Positions 12,274 through 24,485 are shown, numbered from the stretch's first letter. The stretch: 64,000 nucleotides of DNA from Mobula hypostoma (GCF_963921235.1 NC_086097.1:248064001-248128000); one strand, 5' to 3'. The notes: generated from the sequence alone by a model not told the origin. Program-made: numbers and translations.

Positions 12274-12914
12274 GTGAGTATTCTGTTCTGTGTCTGTTCT
12301 GAACACTACCTACTGAGTCAAAGATCACAGAGATTCTTCCTGTCGGAGTCTGTAACCTACAGCTGCACTCAAGCTGTCTCACTCCTGGAGGCCAAGCAGC
12401 CGAGCAGCCTGCATTCTGGCATCTCCAGGTGTGTCCTGGAAGACGTGCGTCTTCGGGGGTGTGGCCCTGTGGGGGACCTAACTCCTCGCCTATGTCACCA
12501 AGTGAAGCATTGCGGGAGACTGTAACATAGAAGCAGCGAGCTGTTAGTCTCCCTCTCGCTGTGGCCGGAGCAATACCTTTCTCCCCCTGGTTAGTGGGAG
12601 ACAGAGCCTATGTTGGGATCGACTCCAGATCATGGTCTCTGGGGGACTTTGCTATTGCCTGCATGGTGGATGCTTTTGATGGAGCGAGGGAGAGGGGGAG
12701 GAGGGGGAAGGGTTGATGCTTTGGTGCAGCTTGGGCATGGGTGTGAGAAGGTGGGCTTTGGGGTTCTGATGTTTTCTGTCATTCATTCTTTGGGGTTTTT
12801 CTTCTGTTTTGTGGATGTCTGTGAAGAGTAAGGATTTCAGGTTGTATACAGTATATGTTCTCTATATTAAAGTGAAGCATTTAACCACTGAAGAAATTGA
12901 CTATACATTGTACA

Positions 12915-13372
12915 TACAGTGACCACTTTATTAGGTACACCTGCTTGTTAATGCAAATATCTAATCAGTCAATTATGTGGCAGCAACTCAATGCATAAAA
13001 GCATGTAGATACGGTCAAGAGGTTCATTTGTTCTTCAGACCAAACATCAGAAAGGGGAAGGAATGTGGTCCATGTGACTTTGAACATAAATGATTTTTGG
13101 TGCCAGACGGGGTGGTTTGAGTATCTCAGAAACTGATGATCTCCTGGGATTTTCACGCACAGCATTTACAGAGAATGGTACAAGAAACAAAAACCATCCA
13201 GTCAGCGGCAGTTCTATGGGTGAGAATGCTTTGATAATGGAGAGGTCAGAGGAGAATGGCCAGACTGGTTGAAGCTGACACCAATGCAACAGTGAAGTGA
13301 ATGGGCTACAGCAGCAGAAGACCATAAACATACTCTCCGTAGTCACTTTATTAAGTATGGGAGGCACTGAGT
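12915..13372 (+). mobile_element. Tc1-like non-autonomous DNA transposon (CAGTGGCCACTTTATTAGGTAC-type termini)
   Basis: Terminal motif shared with 13866..14598 (opposite orientation) and 51775..52103; internal Tc1 transposase N-terminal remnant (GARRGGLSISETDDLLGFSRT). Confidence 0.75.
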
Positions 13373-13865
13373 GTATGCGTTCCCTTCATGATTGCGTGGG
13401 TTTCCTCCCACATTCCAAAGGCTTACGGATTAGGGTTAGTGAGCTGTAAACATGCAACTTTGGCACAGGAAGTTTAGAGACGCTTACCGGCTGCCCAGCA
13501 TAACCCTCGCTGATTTGATTTGAAGCAAATGATACATTTCACCGTGTATTTCGATGTCCATGCGACAAATAAAGCTAATCATTAAATCTTTAGCTGTTAT
13601 GGAACCTGGATATATGAACTCTTTTAACAAAGTATTTTACAATTGTTTGTGTGGAAGGCATGTTATGGAGAGCATAGAAGAGATTAATATTAGATTGGGT
13701 GAACATGTCGAATTGGCTCAAATAATTTGCTAACAATACTGAAATCTGGCCATTCTGTGCATCTGAATCCATCTATCTAGAAAGTCTTTAGACCTATCTC
13801 CCCTCTGTTTTAATTTTTTTCTAGTAATTGTTAATTATTAACCAATCTAGTTCAGTACACATGCA

Positions 13866-14598
13866 TACTCAGTGGCCACTTTATTGAGTACCACATGTAA
13901 CTAATAAAGTGGCCACTGAGTGTATGTTCGTGATCGTCTGCTGCTGTAGCCCATCCACTTCAAGGTTCAACGTGTTGTGTGATTGGAGATGCCCTCCTGC
14001 ACACCACTGTTGCAATGCATGGATATTTGAGTAATTGTCATCTTCCTGTCAACTTGAACCAGTCTGGCCATTCTCCTCTGACTTCTTTCATTAACAAGGT
14101 GTTTCCACCCACAGAACTGCCACTCACTGGATTTTTTTTTGTTTTTGTTTTCGCACCATTCTCTGCAAACTCTAGAGACAGAGAATGAAAATCCCAGGAG
14201 ATCAGCAGTTTATGAGATACTCAAACCACCCCATCTGGCACCAACAGTCATTCCACGGTGAAAGTCACTGAGATCACACTTCTGGCACACTGGTTGAATG
14301 CCCAAGTTGGTGTAGTCTTCCATTAATTCTATTATGGTTATTTTTTTATTTTAGATTAATTGAGCATGCCTGCAAGAAAATAAATCTCAGGGTTGTATAC
14401 AGTGACATATATGCACTTTGATAATGAACTTACTTTGAACTTTCTCCATTCTGATGTTTGGTCTGAACAACAACTGAACCTCTTGACAATGTCTGCATGC
14501 TTTTATGCATTGAGTTGCTGCTACATGATTGGCTGATTATATATTTGCATTAACAAGCGGGTGTACAGGTGTTCCTAATAAAGTGGCCACCGAATGTA
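13866..14598 (-). mobile_element. Tc1-like non-autonomous DNA transposon, second copy
   Basis: ctcagtggccactttatt...aataaagtggccaccgaatgta inverted termini; largely the reverse complement of 12915..13372. Confidence 0.78.
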
Positions 14599-14805
14599 TA
14601 TTCTGCAATGGCATCTGGAAACCATGATGTATTTTCCGTCCTCTGTGCATTTGCCAACTTGGTTTCACCTTTGCAGTCTGAACTAGATAAAGCAATGATT
14701 GTTTTTCTGATTGAAATGATCTTATCTTCGTTCAACATTGCATTCAGTTCCATTCAAATTAGATACTTGATGTCTGGAGTTGACAATTGTTTTGTTTGGT
14801 TTTAG

Positions 14806-14950
14806 GTACACCTACGACCAGCGTTACGATAAAGCCCTGGAAATTTACTTAAAGCTGCGACATAAGGATGTTTTCCAGCTCATACACAAACACAATCTCT
14901 TCAGCTCCATAAAGGATAAAATTATTCTGCTCATGGAGTTTGACAGAGAG
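14806..14950 (+). CDS. VPS41: VPS41 coding exon, YTYDQRYDKALEIYLKLRHKDVFQLIHKHNLFSSIKDKIILLMEFDRE
   Basis: ttttag|G...GAG|gtatgt; 145 nt; lies within ORF 14780..14989. Confidence 0.97.
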
Positions 14951-14987
14951 GTATGTAAGTCTAATACACATCCTGCTCTCTCTTCAT

Positions 14988-15452
14988 AAACAAGAGAAAT
15001 CTGCAGGGGCTGGGAATCCAAAACAACACACACAAAATGCTGGAGGAACTCAGCAGGCCAGGCAGCATCTGTGGAAAAGAGTAGACAGTCAACGTTTCGG
15101 GCCAAGACCCTTCATCAGGACTGGAAGGGAAGGGGGAAGACGCCAGAGTAAGAAGGTGAGGGAGGGGAAGGAGGATATCTCGAAGGTGATAGATGAAGCC
15201 AGGTGGGCGGTAGGTTGGGAAGATAAAGGGCTGGGGATAAAGGACTTTGATAGGAGAGGAGAGTGGACCACAGGAGAAAGGGAAGGAGGAGGGGACCCTG
15301 CGAGAAGTGATAGGCAGATGAGAAGAAGTAAGAGGCCAGAGAGTGGAAGTGGGGAAGGGGGAGGGTATATTATTTTACGGGAAGGAGAAATCATTATTCA
15401 TGCCATCAGGTTGGAGGCTGCCCAGGTGGAACATAAGGCATTGCTCCTCCAT
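14988..15452 (-). mobile_element. Neptune-type PLE (family A) 3' end
   Basis: Reverse complement of the family A 3' UTR, including the hammerhead motif at 15086-15123. Confidence 0.85.
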
Positions 15453-15999
15453 TCTCAATTCTTATGTCTAACAGTAATTTTAATGGCAAAAGTAAGGGAG
15501 CACTGTGACCCCATGATAATCCTATCACCTTCTAGCTGTCCTCTTTCCCCTCCATCCACCTTTTTATTGTGGTGTCTTCATTCTTTCTCTCCAGTCCTGG
15601 TCGGCTTGAAACATTGACTGTTTATTCATTTCCGCAGGTGTTGTCGATGTGAATTCTTCATATTTCCATAAATGCTGCCAAGGTGAATTCTTCACAATCA
15701 CCCAGCGTGAAGAAAAATAACAAATTGTACAAATGATAAAAGTAAATAAATAACATTCAGAACTGAAGTTCACAAAGCCAGTTTCAGCTTGTCCAGGAGC
15801 CCATTGGTTGCAGGCCACGGCCTGTCAGTTCAGAGATGTGAAGCAGAGGGCTGAGCACCAGCCACCCCTCTCGTTCGACCCTGACACCCTGACGTTTTCG
15901 ATCAGCCAAACAGTGGGTCATCATTCCTCATTCTCAGGCCCAGGCTCTGCTGCTTCGATATGCTTTCGGGTCTGGGACCCATCGCCACAATTCGGCCCG

Positions 16000-17572
16000 T
16001 ATCCAATTGAGTACAGGAGATGGGAAGTTATGTTGAAGTTATGTTGGTGAGGCCTAATTTAGAGTATTGTGTGCAGTTGTGGTCACCTACCTACAGGAAA
16101 GATGTAAATAACGTTGAAAGAGTACAGAGAAATGTTACAAGGGTGTTGCCAGGTCTGGAGGACCTGATTTATAAGGAAGGATTGAATAGATTAGGACTTT
16201 ATTCCTTAGAATGTAGAACATTGAGGAGAGATTTGATAGAGGTATACAAAATTATGAGGGGTATAGATAGGGTAAATGCAAGCAGGCTTTTTCCACTGAG
16301 GTTGGGTGAAACTGCAAACAGATGTCATAGGTTAAGGGTGAAAGGTGAAAAGTTTAAGGAGAATATGAGGGGCAATTTCTTCACTCAGAGAGTCGTGAGA
16401 GTGTGGCGTGAGCTGCCAACACAAGTGGTGTAACGGTACCTCCTGTCTGATCGTTGGGGATCAAAGAGATCTGGGCAGATGGCAGGGATCATTTGCAATG
16501 CCAAGGTCCCTGCGTCTGCTGTGCTCCTGATATATATGTCTGATGATTAATTTTGGGGTGCTTAGAAGTATAAGGTAGAGAAAGTCAGCAAGGTTTCAAT
16601 AAGTGGAGATCTTATTTTAATGGAATTCTTTGAGGAGGTAACAAGGAGGATAGACGAAGGAGAGTTGATGGATGTTGGTTACTTGGATTTTTAGAAGGCC
16701 TTTCCAAGTGTTTCACATGAAGTTGGAAAACAAGATAAGAGCCCATGCAGATGTCAGGGAGTGATTCAATTCTAAAACTGGTGGTGCAAAGGGAGTTTTA
16801 AGTTGGGGGGGGGGAATGGTCTTGGGATTCTCACATTTAACTATTGTTCACCCTTTCGGGCACTTCTCTGTCTTCGTGGATGTTTGCAAAGAAAAAACAT
16901 TTCAGGGAAAATATTGTATACTTCCCTCTGACATTAAATTGGACCTTTCAACCTTTGAATTCAAGATTCCCTAAAAGTTAACTTGCGGGTTGAGTTAGTA
17001 TTAAAAAGGTAAATGCAATGTTAGCATTCATTTTGAGGGGAATAGAATATAAAAGCAAGGATGTGATGCTGAGGATTTATAAGACATTGGTCAGACCACA
17101 CTTGGAATATTGTGACACCGTGTCTAAGAAGAATGTGTTGATATTGGAGATCATCCAGAGGAGGTTCTTAAGAATGATCCGAGGAATGAAAAGCTGAAAG
17201 TATTAGAAGTGTTTGATGTCCCTGGACTGAAACTCACAGGAATTCAGAAGAATGAGGAGAGTGTCATCAAAACCGACTGATGTTAAAAGGCCTGGGATAA
17301 AGTGAATGTGCAGAAGATGTTTCCATTGATAGGACAGTCCAGGATCCATTAGAACATCTTCAGAATAAAGGGGTATACCTTGAAAACTGAAATGAGGAGA
17401 AATTTCTTCAGCCAGAGAGTGGTGAATCTGTAGAATTTTTTACCACAGAGGGCTGTGGCCAAGTCATTGTGTGTAGTTAAGAATAGGGTTAAAAAACAAA
17501 ACAGCCATGATTGAATGATGGAGCAGGCAATGGGCTGAATGGCCTAGTCTGCCTTGATATGGTTTGGTCTTA
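16000..17572 (+). mobile_element. CR1-like LINE fragments (composite)
   Basis: ORF 16020..16433 (LVRPNLEYCVQLWSP...NFFTQRVVRVW) plus further RT remnants. Confidence 0.85.
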
Positions 17573-17897
17573 TTCGCACATGCCAGTCCTAATGAAGGAT
17601 CTCGTCCCGAAAAGTTGACTGTTTATTCCTCTTCATCGATATTGCCTGACCTGCTGAGTTTCTCCCAGCATTTTTGTGAGTGTGGCTCTAGATTTCCAGC
17701 ATTTATTGTAGTGATGGCAGCAAAACTGAGATAAAATTGAGTAAATATAAATGTTCCTCTGATTTTTATGGATGATAAATTCTGCTGCTCTATCACTGAA
17801 GGACAGATGAGCATTTCTAGTCTCCATCAATCTCATCTATTCTAGAATTTCTTTCTGTGCCTTCAGTGGTTTCAAATCAAGCCTGTACTCTAAAGTG

Positions 17898-18033
17898 TGT
17901 GGCAGGGTAGAGATATGTCTCTACCAAAGGTGAGGTAAGGCGCTCCTTCCCTCCGCTAGCCTGCAGGTCACCATTGAGCAAGGTGTAGCACCTACTTAGC
18001 CCCCGATCAGGGTCACATGAAACTATGGCAGCA
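17898..18033 (+). mobile_element. 5' part of an RTE-associated SINE-like element
   Basis: Homologous to 55480..55855 (minus), which carries the AGAAGGCAATGGCAAACCACTTCT (Bov-A/Sauria-like) motif. Confidence 0.6.
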
Positions 18034-18055
18034 GAATTGAATTGAATTGAATTGA

Positions 18056-18852
18056 TTCAGTGTGGGCGACTTACAGGAAGAAGTCATCACCCTGACACAG
18101 TGGTGTCAAGATAACAAGCTCTCCCTCAATGTTGCAAAAACAAAGGAGCTGGTTGTGGATTACAGGAGGAATGGAGACGGGCTAACCCCTGTTAACATCA
18201 ATGGATCTGGGGTTGAGAGGATAAACAGCTTCAAGTTCCTAGGCATCCACATCATCGAGGACCTCACGTGGTCCGTACACTCCAGCTGTGTGGTGAAAAA
18301 GGCACCACAGCACCTCTTTCACCTCAGACGGCTGAGGAAGTTTGGTATCGGCCCCCAAATCCTAAGAACCTTCTATAGGGGCACAATTGAGAGCATCCTG
18401 ACTGGCTGCATCACTGCCTGGTATGGGAACTGTACCTCCCTTAATCACAGGACTCTGCAGAGAGTGGTGCGGACAGCCCAGCGCATCTGTAGTTGTGAAC
18501 TTCCCACTGTTCAGGACATTTACAAGGATAGGTGTGTAAAAAGGGCTCGTAGGATCATTGGGGCCCCAAGACATCCCAACCACAATCTATTCCAGCTGCT
18601 ACCATCCAGGAAGCGGTACCACAGCATAAAAGCCGGGACCAACAGGCTCCGGGACAGCTTCTTCCACCTGGCCGTCAAACTGATAAACTCACGCTGATTT
18701 GAGTGTACTCTATATTACATTGACTGTTCTATTTATTATAAATTATTATAAATTACTATGATTGCACATTTAGAGGGAGACGTAATGTAAAGATTTTTAC
18801 TCCTCATTTATGTGAAGGATGTAAGAAATAAAGTCAATTCAATTCAATTCAA
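18056..18852 (+). mobile_element. Rex1/Babar-like LINE 3' fragment with an uninterrupted RT C-terminus
   Basis: ORF 18062..18697 (WCQDNKLSLNVAKTKELVVDYRR...FKFLGIHI...FYRGTIESILTGCITAWYG) and (CAATT)n tail. Confidence 0.9.
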
Positions 18853-20567
18853 TGCATGCCAAAAGGGCAATATTACAATAGTCATGGGGATTTCAATGTG
18901 CAAGTAGATTGGGAAAATCAGGTGGGTGCGGGATTCCAAGAGGGGGAATTTCCAGAATGCCTACAATAAAGCTTTTTACAGTACCTCGTGGTTGACTCCA
19001 CTAGGGGATCAGCTATTCTGGATTTGGTGTTGTGCAATGAACCAGAATTGATTAGAGAGCTAAAGGTAAAAGAACCCTTAGGGGAAAGTGGTCATAATAT
19101 AATTGAATTCACTCTGCAATTTGAGAGGGAGAAGCTGAAGTCAGTATTACAGTAGAGTAAAGGGAATTACAGAGATATGAAGAGGAGTTGGCTAGAATTG
19201 ATCGGAAAAGAACACTGGCAGGGATGATGGCAGAGCAGCAATGGCTGGAATTTCTGGAAGCAATTCGGAAAGGCACAGGATGTATACATCCCAAAGAGGA
19301 AGACGTATTCTAAAGACAAGTTGACACAACCGTGGCTAACAAGAGAAGTCAAAGACAACCTAAAAGCCAAAGAAAGTGCATTTAACAGAGCAAAAATTAG
19401 TGGAAAGAACAGGATAGACAAAGGAAAATAAGTTGATGTTATGTACTTGGATTTTCAGAAGGTAATTGACAAGGTGCCACACATGAGGCTGCTTAACAAC
19501 CTATGAGCCCATGGTATTACAGGAAAGATTCTAGCATGGATAAAGCAGTGGCTGATTGGCAGGAGGCAAAGAGTGGGAATAAAGGGAGCCTTTTCTGGTT
19601 GACTGCCAGTGACTAGTGATGTTCCACATGGGTCTGTGTTGGGGCTGATTCTTTTTATGTTATATGTCGGTGATTTGGATGATGGAATTGATGGTTTTGT
19701 AGCAAAATTTGCAGACAATATGAAGATAAGTGGAAGGCCAGGTAGTTTTGAGGGAGTAGAGAGGCTACAGAAGGACCTAGACAAATTAGGAGAATTGGCA
19801 AAGAAATGGCTGATGGAATACAGTGTTGGGAAGTGTATGGTCATGCACTTTGATAGATGAAATGAAAAGGTTGACTTGTTTCTAAATGGAGAGAAAATGC
19901 AAAAATCAGATGTGCAAAGGATGTAGGAGTCTTTGTGCAGGTTTTCCTAAAGGCTAATTTACAGGTTGAGTCTGTGGTGAGGAAGGCAAATGCAATGTTA
20001 GCATTCATTTCAAAAGGACTTGAATATAAAAGCAAAGATGTAATAATGAGACTTTATAAAGCACTGGTGAGGCCTCGCTTGGAGTATTGTGAGCAGTTTT
20101 GGGTACCTTATCTTAGAAATGATGGGCTGAAACTGGAGAAGGTTCAAAGGAGGTTCACAAAAATGATTACAGGATTGAATGGTTTGTCATGTGAAGTGCG
20201 TTTGATGGCTCTGGTCCTGTATTCATTAGAATTTAGAAGAATGAGGGGTGACCTCTGAAACCTATCGAATGGAGAAAGGCCTTGACAGAGTGGATATGAA
20301 GAGCTTGTGTATTTAGCCAGAGGAATGTCTTTACCAGAGGGTGGTGAATCTGTGGATATCTTTGCCACAGGCAGCTGTGGGGGTTGCGTCTTCATGTGTA
20401 TTAAGGCAGAGGTTGATAGATTCTTGATTGGTCAGGGCATGAAAGGATATGGGAAGAAATCAGGAGATTGGGGCTGAGAGGAAAATTGGATCAGCCATGA
20501 TGAAATGGCAGAGAAGACGTGATGTGCCAAATGACCTAATTCTGCTCTTACATCTTATGGTCTCGTG
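18853..20567 (+). mobile_element. CR1-like LINE ORF2 with internal deletions
   Basis: YLDFQK..DKVPH, VPHGSVLG, KFADN, LVRPRLEYC motifs and CR1 3' tail. Confidence 0.9.
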
Positions 20568-20854
20568 GATAAGTAAATTATCCTTAACATTTTATTTTCA
20601 TGAAAATTTACTATAAATTAAAATTCCTTCTTCTTCAGCTCTTACCTTTTCCAGTATCACTTCCCAGCTTCTCACTTCATCACCTCCTCTCACACCCACC
20701 CACCTGGCTTCACCTATCACCTGTCAGTTTGTAATCCTTCCTCTTCCCCCCCTCCCCCACCTACTTATTCTGACTTCTGCCCCCTTCCTTTCCAGCCCTG
20801 ATGAAGGGTCTCAGATCACAACGTCGACTGTTCAGTCTGCCTGACCTGTTGAGT

Positions 20855-21295
20855 TATACTTTATACTTTATTGTCGCCAAACAATTGATACTAGAACGTA
20901 CAATCATCACAGCGATATTTGATTCTGCGCTTCCCGCTCCCTGGATTACAAATCGATAGTAAATATTAAAAATTTAAATTATAAATCATAAATAGAAAAT
21001 AGAAAAATGGAAAGTAAGATAGTGCAAAAAAACCGAGAGGCAGGTCCGGATATTTGGAGGGTACGGCTCAGATCCGGGTCAGGATCCTTTCACCAGTCTT
21101 ATCACAGATGGAAAGAAGCTGTTCCCAAATCTGGCCATACGAGTCTTCAAGCTCCTGAGCCTTCTCCGGGAGGGAAGAGGGATGAAAAGTGTGTCGGCTG
21201 GGTGGGTCGTGTCCTTGATTATCCTGGCAGCACTGCTCCGACAGCATGCGGTGTAAAGTGAGTCCAAGGACGGAAGATTGGTTTGTGTGATGTGT
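20855..21295 (-). mobile_element. Rex1/Babar-like LINE 3' fragment, same young family as 5687..6336
   Basis: ORF 21079..21267; 3' UTR nearly identical to 6085-6336 in reverse complement. Confidence 0.88.
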
Positions 21296-22376
21296 TAGAG
21301 TCATAAGATCATAGAAAAGTACAGCAAAGGAACGGGCCCTTTGTCCCATCTAGTCCATGGTATATGATTTAAGCTGCCTAGTCTGATTGACTTGCACCTG
21401 GACCATAGTGTCCATAATCCCTACCATCCATGTACCTATCCAGACTTCTCTTACTATGCATTGAAATCGAGCTTGTATGCACCAAATGCTGAAGTTCCTC
21501 CAACATTTTGTGAGACTTGCTAACTTTGCTCCTTTCCTTCTTTAGCATTCCTTCCTCTGTTTGTTTGTAAGGTTGTTCGCTGAGCCTGGGCATCACGTTG
21601 CAAATGCTTCATCACCAATCGAGGTGACATCATCAGTACGCATTTCAGCGTTGTTTCTGCCAAGTGCTCGCATTTATATCAGACAGATATAATCTTGAGC
21701 ACAAGGCAGAAACCACACTGAATCGATCACTCAATATGTTCCCTTGACTGGTGACAAAGAGTTGGCAGCCTTATCTCCAGGCTTGGTGAACAACCCTATG
21801 AACAAGCTGTCAACATGAGCTACTAGTCTTTTTCAATCCTCCTTCTGTGATGTCTGGTGTAATCTTCCTCGTTCATGCTGTCAGATGAGTGAATTGCATT
21901 GAATGAGGGGTGACCTCATTGAAACCTATCGAATAGTGAAAAACCTTGATAGAGTGGATGTGGAGAGGATGTTTCCTATGGTGGGCGAGTCTAAGACCAG
22001 AAGGCACAGCCTCAGAATTAGAGGGGCATCCTTTTAGAATGGAGTTGAGAAATTTCTTTAGCCAGAGAGTGGTGAATCTGTGGAATTTGTTGATACAGGC
22101 AGCTCTGAAGGCATATTTAGGTATATTTAGGGCAGAGGTTGATAGATTCTTGATTTGTTAAGGCTTGAAGGGACACAGAGAGAAGGCAAGAGATTGGGGC
22201 TGAGAGGGAAAATGGTGAAATGGTGGAGCAGACTCGATGGGCCAAATGGCCTAATTCTGCTCCGGTATTTTATGGTTTTGTGGTCCTAATGAGGACACAC
22301 TAAAAATATGACTCATCGCTTGTGATTTTCAGTTTCCAATATTTGTTACAAAGCTTATTGAAGAGTCAAATACATT

Positions 22377-24056
22377 GAGCACCAGGCCATTGTCTCCCAC
22401 ACTATCAACGACTTTATCCGCTCAGGGGATCTCCCATCCACTGCTACCAACCTTATAGTTCCCACACCCCGCACTTCCCGTTTCTACCTCCTACCCAAGA
22501 TCCACAAACCTGCCTGTCCTGGCCGACCTATTGTCTCAGCTTGCTCCTGCCCCACCGAACTCGTTTCTGCATACCTCGACACTGTTTTATCACCCCTTGT
22601 TCAATCCCTTCCGACCTATGTTCGTGACACTTCTCACGCTCTTAAACTTTTCGATGATTTTAAGTTCCCTGGCCCCCGCCGCTTTATTTTCACCTTGGAT
22701 GTCCAGTCCCTATATACTTCCATCCCCCATCAGGAAGGTCTCAAAGCTCTACGCTTCTTTTTGGATTCCAGACCTAATCAGTTCCCCTCTACCACCACTC
22801 TGCTCCGTCTAGCAGAATTAGTCCTTACTCTTAATAATTTCTCCTTTTGCTCCTCCCATTTCCTCCAAACTAAAGGTGTAGCTATGGGCACCCGTATGGG
22901 TCCTAGCTATGCCTGCCTTTTTGTTGGGTTTGTGGAACAATCTATGTTCCGTGCCTATTCTGGTATCTGTCCCCCACTTTTCCTTCGCTACATCGACGAC
23001 TGCATTGGCGCTGCTTCCTGCACGCATGCAGAACTCGTTGACTTTATTAACTTTGCCTCCAACTTTCACCCTGCCCTCAAGTTTACCTGGTCCATTTCTG
23101 ACACCTCCCTCCCCTTTCTAGATCTTTCTGTCTCTGTCTCTGGAGACAGCTTATCCACTGATGTCTACTATAAGCCTACTGACTCTCACAACTATCTGGA
23201 CTATTCCTCTTCTCACCCTGTCTCTTGCAAAAACGCCATCCCCTTCTCGCAATTCCTCCGTCTCCGCCGCATCTGCTCTCAGGATGAGGCTTTTCATTCT
23301 AGGACGAGGGAGATGTCTTCATTTTTTAAAGAAAGGGGCTTCCCTTCCTCCACTATCAACTCTGCTCTTAAACGCATCTCCCCCATTTCACGTACATCTG
23401 CTCTCACTCCATCCTCCCACCACCCCACTAGGAATAGGGTTCCCCTGGTCCTCACCTACCACCCCACCAGCCTCCGGGTCCAACATATTATTCTCCGTAA
23501 CTTCCGCCACCTCCAACGGGATCCCACCACTAAGCATATCTTTCCCTCCCCGCCTCTCTCTGCATTCCGCAGGGATCGCTCCCTACACAACTCCCTTGTC
23601 CATTCGTCCCCCCCATCCCTCCCCACTGATCTCCCTCCTGGCACTTATCCGTGTAAGCGGAACAAGTGCTACACATGCCCTTACACTTCCTCCCTTACCA
23701 CCATTCAGGGCCCGAAACAGTCCTTCCAGGTGAGGCATCACTTCACCTGTGAGTCGACTGGGGTGATATACTGCGTCCGGTGCTCCCGATGTGGCCTTTT
23801 ATATATTGGTGAGACCCGACGCAGACTGGGAGACCGCTTTGCTGAACATCTACGCTCTGTCCGCCAGAGAAAGCAGGATCTCCCAGTGGCCACACATTTT
23901 AATTCCACATCCCATTCCCATTCTGACATGTCTATCCACGGCCTCCTCTACTGTAAAGATGAAGCCACACTCAGGTTGGAGGAACAACACCTTATATTCC
24001 GTCTGGGTAGCCTCCAACCTGATGGCATGAACATTGACTTCTCTAACTTCCGCTAG
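22377..24056 (+). CDS. PLE reverse transcriptase + GIY-YIG endonuclease (5'-truncated, ~559 codons, no internal stop)
   Basis: Motifs FYLLPKIHK, GRPIVS, DVQSLYT, GVAMG, RYIDD, LPFLD, VYYKPT; Cys-rich linker CKRNKCYTC; GVIYCVRCSRCGLLYIGET. The frame is open upstream of the listed ORF, back to the TSD. Confidence 0.93.
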   Translation, partial: EHQAIVSHTINDFIRSGDLPSTATNLIVPTPRTSRFYLLPKIHKPACPGRPIVSACSCPTELVSAYLDTVLSPLVQSLPTYVRDTSHALKLFDDFKFPGPRRFIFTLDVQSLYTSIPHQEGLKALRFFLDSRPNQFPSTTTLLRLAELVLTLNNFSFCSSHFLQTKGVAMGTRMGPSYACLFVGFVEQSMFRAYSGICPPLFLRYIDDCIGAASCTHAELVDFINFASNFHPALKFTWSISDTSLPFLDLSVSVSGDSLSTDVYYKPTDSHNYLDYSSSHPVSCKNAIPFSQFLRLRRICSQDEAFHSRTREMSSFFKERGFPSSTINSALKRISPISRTSALTPSSHHPTRNRVPLVLTYHPTSLRVQHIILRNFRHLQRDPTTKHIFPSPPLSAFRRDRSLHNSLVHSSPPSLPTDLPPGTYPCKRNKCYTCPYTSSLTTIQGPKQSFQVRHHFTCESTGVIYCVRCSRCGLLYIGETRRRLGDRFAEHLRSVRQRKQDLPVATHFNSTSHSHSDMSIHGLLYCKDEATLRLEEQHLIFRLGSLQPDGMNIDFSNFR

Positions 24057-24485
24057 GCCCCACCTCCCCCTCGTACCCCATCTGTTACTCTTTTTAATGC
24101 ACACATTCTTTCTCTCACTCTCCTTTTTCTCCCTCTGTCCCTCTGAATATACCTCTTGCCCATCCTCTGGGTCACCCCCCCCCCGTCTTTCTTCCCGGAC
24201 CTCCTGTCCCATGATCCTCTCGTATCCCCTTCTGCCTATCACCTGTCCAGCTCTCGGCTCCATCCCTCCCCCTCCTGTCTTCCTCTATCATTTTGCATCT
24301 CCCCCTCCCCCTCCAGCTTTCAAATCCCTTACTCACTCTTCCTTCAGTTAGTCCTGACGAAGGGTCTCGGCCTGAAACGTCGACTGCGCCTCTTCCTATA
24401 GATGCTGCCTGGCCTGCTGCGTTCACCAGCAACTTTGATGTATGTTGCTTGAATTTCCAGCATCTGCAGAATTCCTGTTGTTTGC
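22378..24485 (+). mobile_element. Young, 5'-truncated Neptune-type Penelope-like element
   Basis: Perfect 14-bp TSD AGTCAAATACATTG at 22364-22377 and 24486-24499; uninterrupted RT + GIY-YIG frame. Confidence 0.95.
24350..24385 (+). ncRNA. Minimal type I hammerhead ribozyme motif in PLE 3' repeat
   Basis: AGUC-CUGACGA-AGG(GUCUCGG)CCU-GAA-ACGU-C-GACU: stem I AGUC/GACU, full core, stem II, palindromic ACGU stem III; predicted cut after GUC (24381). Confidence 0.8.

Noticed and set aside
14940..15617. 225-aa ORF following a VPS41 exon
   Set aside because: It is the antisense reading of a PLE 3' UTR, and the exon has a canonical donor at 14951.
22695..24056. Telomerase or a domesticated host RT gene; selenoprotein-type PLE
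   Set aside because: It has a GIY-YIG domain, a TSD, 5' truncation and many decayed relatives, so it is a transposon. There are no in-frame TGA codons.
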